Source: Alphaproteobacteria bacterium
GTDB lineage: Bacteria > Pseudomonadota > Alphaproteobacteria > Rickettsiales > JABCZZ01
Length of the DNA: 64,000 nucleotides
Direction: 5' to 3'
Assembly: GCA_013288335.1 (NCBI GenBank)
Contig: JABDCC010000005.1
Location: 1,313 to 65,312, forward strand
Of this stretch, positions 30,355-38,716 are shown piece by piece. The position numbers were made by a program, and so were the translations under genes. A model generated the notes under the pieces. That model had not been told where the DNA came from. It searched no databases and worked only from the letters and a program-made list of their open reading frames with translations. Numbering within the stretch: position 1 is the first letter of the stretch; the number at the start of each line of letters is the position of its first letter.

Positions 30355-31371
30355 ATGTCATATAAAGTTGCAGTAGTAGGCGCCACGGGAAATGTAGGGC
30401 GCGAAATATTAAAAATACTTGCTGAGCGTAAATTCCCCGTGAGCGAAGTAGTGGCACTCGCCTCCGCAAAATCGCGTGGTAAAGATGTAAGCTTCGGCGA
30501 TAGCGAAATTTTAAAAACTCAGGTGCTGGATGATTATGATTTCACCGGAACTGATATTGCGCTCTTTTCGCCAGGTGCTTCGGTCTCTAAAATTCATGCA
30601 CCACGTGCAGCAGCACAAGGCTGTGTCGTCATCGACAACACCTCGTATTTCCGCATGGAAAAAGATATTCCGCTTGTTGTGCCAGAAGTAAATGCACACG
30701 CGCTCAAAGATTTCCGCAAACGCAACATCATTGCCAATCCCAACTGCTCCACCATGCAGATGGTCGTGGCTCTGAAGCCTTTGCATGACGCAGCGACCAT
30801 TAAACGTGTGGTGGTTTCAACTTACCAGTCGGTTTCCGGCGCAGGTAAAGAAGGCATGGATGAGCTTTATTCTCAGACCAAAGATTTATTTGTCAAAGAC
30901 AGCCGCGAGCCCAGCAAATTTACCAAGCGCATTGCATTCAATGTGATTCCGCATATCGATGTGTTCATGGAAGATGGCAACACGAAAGAGGAATGGAAAA
31001 TGATTGAGGAAACCAAGAAAATTCTTGATCCTAAAATCAAAATATCCGCCACTTGCGTGCGTGTACCGGTGTTTGTCGGTCACTCTGAGTCCATCAATAT
31101 TGAGTTTGAGCGCCCGCTTTCGGCCAACGAAGCCCGCAATATTCTTGAGGAAGCTCCAGGGGTTGTAGTGATAGATCGTCGTGAAAATGGCGGCTACCAC
31201 ACTCCAGCGGAAGCAACGGGCGAAGATGCGGTTTTCATATCGCGCATTCGTGAGGATGATTCTGTAAAACACGGCCTGAATATCTGGTGCGTTTCCGATA
31301 ACCTTCGCAAAGGTGCCGCGCTCAACGCCGTGCAAATCGCCGAAGAGTTGATTACGAATTACGGATTGTAA
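30355..31371 (+). CDS. asd: aspartate-semialdehyde dehydrogenase
   Basis: 338 aa with VVGATGNVG and the active site NPNCSTMQM. Confidence 0.95.
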   Translation: MSYKVAVVGATGNVGREILKILAERKFPVSEVVALASAKSRGKDVSFGDSEILKTQVLDDYDFTGTDIALFSPGASVSKIHAPRAAAQGCVVIDNTSYFRMEKDIPLVVPEVNAHALKDFRKRNIIANPNCSTMQMVVALKPLHDAATIKRVVVSTYQSVSGAGKEGMDELYSQTKDLFVKDSREPSKFTKRIAFNVIPHIDVFMEDGNTKEEWKMIEETKKILDPKIKISATCVRVPVFVGHSESINIEFERPLSANEARNILEEAPGVVVIDRRENGGYHTPAEATGEDAVFISRIREDDSVKHGLNIWCVSDNLRKGAALNAVQIAEELITNYGL

Positions 31372-31385
31372 GAATTCTGTAGCTG

Positions 31386-32162
31386 TTAAATACTACGGTC
31401 AGTAACTTTTACAACTTGCCTTACCAACGCGTGCAGTTTTTCAGCTTCTTTCCCAATAGGAGGTATATCTAGGCTCATCTTGCCATCCTGCGCCATGAGG
31501 TCTGCATGCTGAAGGCTTTTATCGACTTCGTATATATTTTTTTGTTTATTCGATATCTGCTTATTAAGCTTGGCTTTAAAATCTACATATTTCTTACCCT
31601 CATAAGCATATATTACAAACGCTCTCTGCAAATTAATTGCCGCTTTCATTTCATCAAGCAATGGTTCTTTCTCGCCATGCACCATCCATTTATAATGGGT
31701 TTCATTATCCCATTGATATGCTTTATTATCGTAATTTACCGTTGTAAAACCACGATTTTCGTAGGAAGCTTTCTTTTTTAACATGGTATTTTTATTACCC
31801 GAAAAATCTCCTTCAAAAAATACCGGAGAGTTTTTTCCAACCACCTTATGAATTTCATGCAGACTTTTATCTAACAAGTAATCTCTGATATCTGCAGCAT
31901 TTTTAACTTTGGGTATATGCTCATAGGTATACATAGCAATCGCTGGCAGGTCAGCAGGCTTATTGTGAACAATAGAAAAACTGCCACCAACAACTTTACC
32001 GAGTTGATCTTTGACAGCCATAATAATAGCTTCACCACGTTCAGATTTTGTCTTTATTGCATTTGCAATTTCTTCATCGCCCTCAGCAAGAAGTGTAATT
32101 GCCACATCCAGAGATTTGTTATTATTCACAGTATTTTCAAGTTTTTCGATGGTAAATGCCAT
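31386..32162 (-). CDS. hypothetical protein (ORFan)
   Basis: 258 aa from the ATG at 32162, which is preceded by a strong SD (GAGGAG). The track ORF extends to 32204. It is AT-rich by eye and I identify no confident domain. Confidence 0.65.
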   Translation of the reverse strand: MAFTIEKLENTVNNNKSLDVAITLLAEGDEEIANAIKTKSERGEAIIMAVKDQLGKVVGGSFSIVHNKPADLPAIAMYTYEHIPKVKNAADIRDYLLDKSLHEIHKVVGKNSPVFFEGDFSGNKNTMLKKKASYENRGFTTVNYDNKAYQWDNETHYKWMVHGEKEPLLDEMKAAINLQRAFVIYAYEGKKYVDFKAKLNKQISNKQKNIYEVDKSLQHADLMAQDGKMSLDIPPIGKEAEKLHALVRQVVKVTDRSI

Positions 32163-32219
32163 AACAAAGCTCCTCGTTTTAATGAGATCCCATCTTACTC
32201 TCAAAAGGTTAATAAAGTA

Positions 32220-32714
32220 TTACCCTTTAAAATGTGCCTTCATCTGCTCTGCAACGCTTGGTGAGACAAAGCCAGACACGTCACCGCCTAAGCGCGCGAT
32301 CTGTTTTACAAAGCGTGATGAGATAAAGTGTGTGGATTCTGATGCGGTGAGGAACACTGTCTCCATTTCGGGATTGAGCTTGGAGTTAATCGCCGCCATC
32401 TGGAATTCATATTCAAAATCGGAAACCGCACGAAGTCCACGCACCAAAATCGTTGCATTATTTTCTTCAGCAAAATTTACCAGCAACCCTGAAAAAGTTT
32501 TCACTTTGATGCGTTTGTGATCGCCATTGCCCAAAGATTTTATTTCGCCTTCCACCATTTTAGCGCGCATATCTAGTGCAAACATCGGCGCTTTATTCGT
32601 ATCAAGCGCAACTGCTATGATAAGCTCATCCACCACACGTAACGCACGGCGGATAACATCCATATGACCATAGGTAATAGGGTCAAAAGTACCAGGATAT
32701 AAGCCAATTCTCAT
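32220..32714 (-). CDS. coaD: phosphopantetheine adenylyltransferase
   Basis: 164 aa with YPGTFDPITYGH and ISSRFV. Confidence 0.95.
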   Translation of the reverse strand: MRIGLYPGTFDPITYGHMDVIRRALRVVDELIIAVALDTNKAPMFALDMRAKMVEGEIKSLGNGDHKRIKVKTFSGLLVNFAEENNATILVRGLRAVSDFEYEFQMAAINSKLNPEMETVFLTASESTHFISSRFVKQIARLGGDVSGFVSPSVAEQMKAHFKG

Positions 32715-32727
32715 AGTTTCCTCATTA

Positions 32728-33540
32728 TTATTTTTTTTCTTTTAAAACGCTTTGTTCAGCAATTTTTGCTTCATCCCATAAATCATTTAATTCCTGAAAA
32801 GATGCATCTTCAATTCTTAATCTTTGTGCATCCAGATCGGCCTGCATATAACGAAAACGACTTTCAAATTTACGATTGCAGAAACGCACCGCTTCTTCCG
32901 GATCAACATCAAGCTTACGGGCAATATTCACACAGGTAAAAATAATGTCGCCTACTTCTTCGAGACGCCCTTCCGGAGTGTCGTCATAAGCCATCACATG
33001 CATAAGCTCGTTTATTTCTTCATCAAGCTTTTCAAAAACCTGCTCAATGTCAGACCAGTCAAAACCAGCGCGTACTGCGCGTTTCTGGAGTTTTACGGCG
33101 CGGGTCATTGCCGGTAAAGACATAGGAACCCCGCCAAGAATATCACTTTTTAAATTAATTCCGGTTTTGGCTTTTTCTATATCTTTGTGCTTTTCCCAAG
33201 CCTCCACCTGTTCAGCAGCGCTATTTACTTTTGCATCACCAAACACGTGCGGGTGACGGCTTACCAGCTTATCACATATACCTTGAGCCACTTCGTCAAA
33301 GGTAAAAAGTTTCTGTTCTTTTGCCATTTGAGCATGAAAGACTACCTGTAACAGTAAATCGCCAAGTTCTTCACGTAAGTGCTTCATATCATTTTTTTCA
33401 ATGGCATCGGCCACTTCATACGCTTCTTCAAGTGTATAAGGCACAATGGAGGCAAAGGTCTGCTCAACGTCCCACGGGCAGCCTTTTTCCTTGTCGCGCA
33501 ACTGATTCATAATCTCAAGGAGTCGATCGATTGGCTTCAT
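32728..33540 (-). CDS. mazG: nucleoside triphosphate pyrophosphohydrolase MazG
   Basis: 270 aa with tandem MazG domains and the motifs CPWD, EEAYEV and ELGDLLLQVV. Confidence 0.9.
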   Translation of the reverse strand: MKPIDRLLEIMNQLRDKEKGCPWDVEQTFASIVPYTLEEAYEVADAIEKNDMKHLREELGDLLLQVVFHAQMAKEQKLFTFDEVAQGICDKLVSRHPHVFGDAKVNSAAEQVEAWEKHKDIEKAKTGINLKSDILGGVPMSLPAMTRAVKLQKRAVRAGFDWSDIEQVFEKLDEEINELMHVMAYDDTPEGRLEEVGDIIFTCVNIARKLDVDPEEAVRFCNRKFESRFRYMQADLDAQRLRIEDASFQELNDLWDEAKIAEQSVLKEKK

Positions 33541-33606
33541 ACTTGTAATTCTTTATGAGTTATATATAAGAGCTAGTTATTACTAACTAATAAAAGAGAA
33601 AAATCC

Positions 33607-33945
33607 ATGACTTTCGTTGTAACTGATGCCTGTATCAAGTGTAAATATACCGATTGTGTTGAAGTGTGCCCGGTTGATTGCTTCTATGAAGGCGAAAATA
33701 TGCTCGTCATCAACCCTGATGAATGTATCGATTGTGGTGTGTGCGAGCCAGAATGCCCGGCAGAAGCCATCGTTCCCGAAAGTGATAAATTGGTCAAATG
33801 GATCGAGCTAAACCGCGAATATTCCGCCAAATGGCCTAATATCACCGCGAAAAAAGACCCGCTTACCGAAGCAGAGGAATTTAAAGGAAAATCGGGTAAA
33901 TTTGAGGAGTTTTTTAGCGATAAACCTGGCGAAGGTTCGAAATAA
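33607..33945 (+). CDS. fdxA: 7Fe ferredoxin (3Fe-4S/4Fe-4S)
   Basis: 112 aa with the cluster motifs [14 protein letters not shown] and [12 protein letters not shown]. Confidence 0.92.
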   Translation: MTFVVTDACIKCKYTDCVEVCPVDCFYEGENMLVINPDECIDCGVCEPECPAEAIVPESDKLVKWIELNREYSAKWPNITAKKDPLTEAEEFKGKSGKFEEFFSDKPGEGSK

Positions 33946-33968
33946 CCCGGTGACAGATTCTGATATGG

Positions 33969-35114
33969 CTAGCGGCGTCGTTTCTTGATATTTTTCTTAC
34001 TATTCTCTGAATCATCTTTAATAGTCTTACCACGCCATCCTTTCTTAGGTGAGTTGCTTGTACCTTGGTCATCAATAGATTCTTGATGTGTATTATCAGT
34101 TGCCTCAGGATTATCTTCGACAGGGGGTTTATTTTCTGAGCTCAATCCTATGCCAACCTCATCTAGCAATGCTCCTGTAGATTCCATGGCTTTCACGTAC
34201 TCTTGCTCCAAAGAATGTTCTGCAAAATTTGTAGGGAACCCCTTAAACCTGCTACCACTAAAACCATTTTCATCAATGGTTCTAACTTCAGGAAGTAGCC
34301 CATAAAGCGCTAAATGATATTTTTCTGCAGCTTCCTTTATGTAATGAGTAAGGCCGCTTTGAAAGTTAGGACTTCTTGCTAATATACTATTAAATAGTTG
34401 GGCATTTTCTTCTTTTTCAAAAAATTGCTGTAATTCAAAAGGAGAGATTTCTTTAAGATCTGCTATAGCACGCGCTATTTTCCCGTCCATAATTTCCGGT
34501 AATTGAAGGGCATCCCACGCATCGGCCTCCAATGGATTACCATTATAGTGCCTAGTCATAATGTCTAAAGATTCAGTCTTTAGTGCCTCAATGATCATGT
34601 CTTTATCCCTGAAAGACTTTATATAATCCACTTCAGGAGAATTTTTTATTCCTATAGCAACTATTAATTGTGAAAGTTCGTGCTCTTCTCCTCCATAGGA
34701 ACGCTCCCCTTTATCAAATGGCCCCGGCCTGGTACTTAAATACAGCGATGTGATAATTTCGGCATTTTCTGGTTTTTGTAAATATCCTGATATTTGTTCA
34801 TCCGTCACAGATTTTAGTTCATTTAACATTCTGTCTATAAAAGGATCCAACTGTGCCGCATACATAATGGGTGGCGCATTGATTCTGGCATGGCGTTCTT
34901 CCTCAATCATTGGACCCAAAAAAGTGTTGAACGCCTTGATCTGATCTGCAGAATAATTATCTGGAGTAATGAAGCCACTCTGCATAATAAGTTCATTATT
35001 TTTTATAATATCCTGCCTATATTGGGTATGAAGGCTTCTAAGAAGCGTTATTAATTTTGCTTTGGGTATTAGCTTCGGAATTTGCGGCTCATTACTCAAT
35101 CTATCTTCCGCCAT
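33969..35114 (-). CDS. hypothetical protein with internal duplication and polybasic C-terminus
   Basis: 381 aa and AT-rich by eye. Two related segments are present (ISGYLQKPENAEIITSLYLSTRPG and LQQFFEKEENAQLFNSILARSPN). The C-terminus is KKGWRGKTIKDDSENSKKNIKKRRR. Confidence 0.7.
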   Translation of the reverse strand: MAEDRLSNEPQIPKLIPKAKLITLLRSLHTQYRQDIIKNNELIMQSGFITPDNYSADQIKAFNTFLGPMIEEERHARINAPPIMYAAQLDPFIDRMLNELKSVTDEQISGYLQKPENAEIITSLYLSTRPGPFDKGERSYGGEEHELSQLIVAIGIKNSPEVDYIKSFRDKDMIIEALKTESLDIMTRHYNGNPLEADAWDALQLPEIMDGKIARAIADLKEISPFELQQFFEKEENAQLFNSILARSPNFQSGLTHYIKEAAEKYHLALYGLLPEVRTIDENGFSGSRFKGFPTNFAEHSLEQEYVKAMESTGALLDEVGIGLSSENKPPVEDNPEATDNTHQESIDDQGTSNSPKKGWRGKTIKDDSENSKKNIKKRRR

Positions 35115-35224
35115 AAGACTTTCTTTCTGGGCATTATTTTAGGTTTCAATATACCATTAAACAGTTAATTAATGATTAAGGTATGAAATTAGGCATAAAA
35201 CTTAACAATTACCTTGAAAAACGG

Positions 35225-35252
35225 TTGACAAGTTGCGGCTAATTACTATATT
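35225..35252 (+). promoter_or_regulatory. sigma70-like promoter for rplU-rpmA
   Basis: TTGACA (35225-35230), a 16-bp spacer and TATATT (35247-35252), ending 27 bp upstream of the rplU ATG. Confidence 0.5.
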
Positions 35253-35278
35253 GCCCGCTCAATTTACGGAGAATACAA

Positions 35279-35578
35279 ATGTTTGCAGTCATTCGCACCG
35301 GTGGAAAACAATACACCATCGCACAGGAAGATGTCATTTTAGTTGAGAAATTAGAAGGCGTTGCCGGTGATAAAGTTACTATTAACGATGTGCTTGCCAT
35401 CGACGGAAAAATCGGCGCCCCGCTTTTGGCTGGCGCTACAGTTGCTGCGGAAATCGTAAAACAGACCCGCGGTGAAAAAGTAATCATCTTCAAAAAGAAG
35501 CGCCGTCACAATTACCGCCGTAAGAATGGCCATCGCCAGCACCTTACCGCACTCAAAATCACCGCGATAAACGCATAA
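35279..35578 (+). CDS. rplU: 50S ribosomal protein L21
   Basis: 99 aa starting [12 protein letters not shown]. Confidence 0.95.
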   Translation: MFAVIRTGGKQYTIAQEDVILVEKLEGVAGDKVTINDVLAIDGKIGAPLLAGATVAAEIVKQTRGEKVIIFKKKRRHNYRRKNGHRQHLTALKITAINA

Positions 35579-35602
35579 TTTAAGTATAAACGGAGTTAGA
35601 CA

Positions 35603-35863
35603 ATGGCACATAAAAAAGCGGGTGGCAGTTCACGCAACGGACGTGATTCAGCAGGCCGCAGACTGGGTGTGAAGAAATACGAAGGCGAAATCGTCCTTTC
35701 CGGCAATATCCTCGTGCGTCAGCGCGGAACCAAAATTTACGCAGGCAAAAACGTAGGCATGGGACGTGACCATACCTTGTTTGCCACTGCCACCGGTAAA
35801 GTGGAATTCCACCACAAGGCTGACAGCAAAACTTACGTTTCTATTGAAGCGATTAACGCCTAA
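35603..35863 (+). CDS. rpmA: 50S ribosomal protein L27
   Basis: 86 aa starting [16 protein letters not shown]. Confidence 0.95.
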   Translation: MAHKKAGGSSRNGRDSAGRRLGVKKYEGEIVLSGNILVRQRGTKIYAGKNVGMGRDHTLFATATGKVEFHHKADSKTYVSIEAINA

Positions 35864-35897
35864 GCAAATCCCAAATAAACTCTCCCAAGTGTTTATA

Positions 35898-35934
35898 CCC
35901 CGCTCCCTCAAAAGAGCGGGGTTTTTTATTTTTG
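35898..35934 (+). terminator. intrinsic terminator after rpmA
   Basis: A perfect 8-bp GC-rich stem CCCCGCTC/GAGCGGGG with an 8-nt loop, followed by TTTTTTATTTTT. Confidence 0.75.
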
Positions 35935-35998
35935 TTAATAGAATCTTAAGGATTATGGGGTACGATATCTCCAATGCCTTAGAAACCTTGGGGAATAT

Positions 35999-37243
35999 AT
36001 GAAATCGTTAACAGAGTTGCTAGACGACGTAAAAGCAAAATCTACACGCATGCTCGACTTAAGCGGACGTCGCCTGGATGCAAGTGATATAGAAGAACTT
36101 ATCCGCTTCCTGCAAACCAACAATACCGTTACCAGCCTGAATCTTTACGGCTGCAAGATCGGCAACGATGGAATTATAAAACTTTTAAATGCACTGGAGC
36201 TCAATAAGAATATTGCTGCGCTGGACATCGGCGCAAACAATATCACTGCACAAGGGTTGCCCGGTATCACCCAGTTACTCAGAGTAAATAATACGATTGC
36301 AACGTTGCATATCGAAAATAATAATTTTATCGCGCTTACTTCCGATAAATTCCCTCAGGATGTTGCCATTATCAAAGAATTAGACGATGTAATTGAAGCG
36401 GTTACAAAATTAACGCGCGCAACCAATATCCCTATTTACAAGGAATATACAGAAAAATTATACGCATTACATGACGATATTGTAGACAGGGGTATCGCAG
36501 CAATTCCACAGTATTATCAAGCCGTGCACAAGGCAGTGAATGCGATCGTTACCGATCTTTCTGTTTCTGAAAATGCCAAACCCTTTATTACCCAACTTAA
36601 AACTCTCATCGATAATTTGAATGTGGCAACCTCCTATTCCGGCCATAAAGAAAAGGCATTTGACGATTTTTTGCAAAGTCTAACCTTAAATCATTTTATT
36701 ACGGACCTCAATCTCGGTACGTTGGGTAAAGAAAATATAGAGAAGGTGGAAAAAGCTATTATTGCAAACAACAGGAATAATATTATCTCGATATATCCTA
36801 CCACCTCTAAACTCACACAAATTTGCAACAATAACACACGCAAGGCACTTAAGCTTTATAACAAGATTCAGACAGGACTAAGCTGCGATCCCTCTATGGA
36901 CAATATACATGATATAAATATTGATCATGCGGATATTATTTTAGTTCAGGCCGCTATGCCAGCCATTGCCTACATATGTGAAAAAGGTGGTTATAAGGCA
37001 GATTGGAGTCCGCATATTGAAATGCAGGACAGAGCTGACCAGAATAAATCCACTCTACAACCCATGACACCGAAAGAAGTGGCCTACATGTTTATGGAAT
37101 TCCAGCAATTTGCTAAAAATCTTAATATGGAAATCGACGTACCTAAGCATTATGAAATTCAAATGTTAATGCCGGAACCCGAGCCAACGAGTCGAGCTGA
37201 AAAGATTAAGCAAACTCCCCCCACCTGGAAAAAATCTTTCTAG
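35999..37243 (+). CDS. leucine-rich repeat (ribonuclease-inhibitor/NLR-type) protein
   Basis: 414 aa. The N-terminal ~120 aa carry 28-29-residue repeats, for example LDLSGRRLDASDIEELIRFLQTNNTVTSLNLYGCKIGNDGIIKLLNALELNKNIAALDIGANNITAQGLPGITQLL. The C-terminal ~270 aa are of unknown function. Confidence 0.8.
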   Translation: MKSLTELLDDVKAKSTRMLDLSGRRLDASDIEELIRFLQTNNTVTSLNLYGCKIGNDGIIKLLNALELNKNIAALDIGANNITAQGLPGITQLLRVNNTIATLHIENNNFIALTSDKFPQDVAIIKELDDVIEAVTKLTRATNIPIYKEYTEKLYALHDDIVDRGIAAIPQYYQAVHKAVNAIVTDLSVSENAKPFITQLKTLIDNLNVATSYSGHKEKAFDDFLQSLTLNHFITDLNLGTLGKENIEKVEKAIIANNRNNIISIYPTTSKLTQICNNNTRKALKLYNKIQTGLSCDPSMDNIHDINIDHADIILVQAAMPAIAYICEKGGYKADWSPHIEMQDRADQNKSTLQPMTPKEVAYMFMEFQQFAKNLNMEIDVPKHYEIQMLMPEPEPTSRAEKIKQTPPTWKKSF

Positions 37244-37302
37244 GATTTTCAGGTACATTACCGTATTGCAGCATGACCAACTACATCAGCCTACGGTAAA
37301 GA

Positions 37303-38160
37303 TTAATTACTTACGTGAACACCCACCAAGCTTGCTTCTTGATGTGTTTGGCCCACTTCCTGCAATGCGCGTATCATCGTATAATTTCCTGCGCTTGTTG
37401 CCACCTGCATAGCGGTTAGGCCATTACTTCCCACTGCATTCAGGTTTGCTTTGCGTAAGAGTAACAAACGCGCTGCATTGATGGAGTTGTTTTTCACAGC
37501 AACCAACAACGGCGTATCACCTTCACTATTGACTGTATTCACGTCAATGCCAGAATCGAGCATAGCACGCAACCCGTCTAAATCATCGCGCTTGGCAGTC
37601 AGAAATACTAATTTGTCGTAATCCTGCTGATTATAGGCAACTGGCAGATGACGGTTATGCACATCATACGACTTAGCATAAAGCGGCTCCGGCACATGTT
37701 CTGTGCGGTAAGTCAAAGGCGCTATAGGAGTATTTGCAGCCACAGAAATTTTGGGATGCTTTTTGGTATGCATAGCTAAAACATGCTTCTTTTTATGTTT
37801 GGTCTGTTTTGCAGGGGTAATAATAGCTTCATTATCAGCCATTACTTTCTTTGGCTCAGTTTTAAGCTCTGCAATCGGAGCAATTGGCGGGATTGCCGGA
37901 GGCGTTGCTTTGGAAACTGCTGGCAACTCAGGAGCTTTGGGCAATTCTGGTGCAGTTGGCTCACCGGGTAATTTCAATTCAGACATTGCGCCGCCATTAT
38001 CACTGCTTTGCTGCCCAGGAAGTGCTGGTAAAGCAGCATCGGATGGTAATGGAGGGAGTGCTGGCAATGCTGGGACACCATTATCTTGTGCAAAGACATT
38101 GCTGACATACGCAGTGCATAAAATAATTGCACAAATTATTATTCCTGTTTTATTTTTCAT
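37303..38160 (-). CDS. secreted ankyrin-repeat protein with proline-rich spacer
   Basis: 285 aa with a signal peptide (...YVSNVFAQ) and LPALP/APELP proline repeats. The C-terminal ANK repeats include DVNTVNSEGDTPLLVAVKNNSINAARLLLLRKANLNAVGSNGLTAMQVA. Confidence 0.85.
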   Translation of the reverse strand: MKNKTGIIICAIILCTAYVSNVFAQDNGVPALPALPPLPSDAALPALPGQQSSDNGGAMSELKLPGEPTAPELPKAPELPAVSKATPPAIPPIAPIAELKTEPKKVMADNEAIITPAKQTKHKKKHVLAMHTKKHPKISVAANTPIAPLTYRTEHVPEPLYAKSYDVHNRHLPVAYNQQDYDKLVFLTAKRDDLDGLRAMLDSGIDVNTVNSEGDTPLLVAVKNNSINAARLLLLRKANLNAVGSNGLTAMQVATSAGNYTMIRALQEVGQTHQEASLVGVHVSN

Positions 38161-38473
38161 GGACGTTCATCCTTATGTTTTGGTCTACTGTTTTTATGCT
38201 CTCAAAAAGCTCTCCTGAGCTCTTCAGGAATGGCTAACCTACCGCAAAATCGTTAAAAATTTATTAACAAGGCCAAATATTGCCTGATTTCAGCCAAATT
38301 TGTGACTTAAATACTACAGTTTTATGCCAGAAATGGCTTTGAAGGCCATTTACATGAAATTGGCTAAACAGCCAGTTTATGAAGTTTGTGAGACTAGAAA
38401 ATTATTTCTTTCGAAATTTTACACGTTTTATTTCGATTTTCTCACGCTTATAAAAAATTAAGTGCAATAAAGA

Positions 38474-38501
38474 TTGACAAATAAGCGTATATTCATATTT
38501 T
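38474..38501 (+). promoter_or_regulatory. sigma70-like promoter for tRNA-Lys
   Basis: TTGACA (38474-38479), a 16-bp spacer and TATTTT (38496-38501), ending about 30 bp upstream of the tRNA 5' end. Confidence 0.45.
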
Positions 38502-38532
38502 GCGGGTTCTTCTTCATGAACTTCATGTAAAA

Positions 38533-38608
38533 GAGCTCGTAGCTCAGTCGGTAGAGCACCTGACTTTTAATCAGGTTGTCGCGGGTTCGATTCCCGCCGA
38601 GCTCACCA
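38533..38608 (+). tRNA. tRNA-Lys (anticodon UUU)
   Basis: Hand-folded 76 nt. Acceptor GAGCTCG/CGAGCTC, D-arm GCTC/GAGC, anticodon stem CCTGA/TCAGG with loop CTTTTAA, T-arm GCGGG-TTCGATT-CCCGC and an encoded CCA. Confidence 0.92.
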
Positions 38609-38688
38609 TTTCCTTAAATACTATTTTTTAAAGGAATCCAAGAACCCGCGCCATTATATATATTCAAATGCTCTACGCATTTGAATGT

Positions 38689-38713
38689 GGTTCGATTCCC
38701 GCCGAGCTCACCA
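38689..38713. repeat. 25-nt direct duplicate of the tRNA-Lys 3' end (att-like scar)
   Basis: GGTTCGATTCCCGCCGAGCTCACCA at 38689-38713 is identical to 38584-38608. No 5' acceptor arm or D-arm precedes it, so it is not a second tRNA. Confidence 0.85.
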
Positions 38714-38716
38714 CAT

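Noticed and set aside
32728-33540. mazG could be part of a toxin-antitoxin or defence module.
   Set aside because: No mazE/mazF-like small ORFs flank it. It sits between coaD and fdxA in a housekeeping context and has the standard tandem MazG architecture.
38638-38713. There could be a second (suppressor-like) tRNA. The hairpin TTCAAATG-CTCTACG-CATTTGAA, with CTA in the loop, is followed by the tRNA-Lys T-loop and acceptor 3' end.
   Set aside because: There is no 5' acceptor strand (GAGCTCG) or D-arm, and the T-stem 5' half (TGTGG) cannot pair with CCCGC. Loop position 37 would be a pyrimidine. It is better explained as a truncated att-type duplicate.
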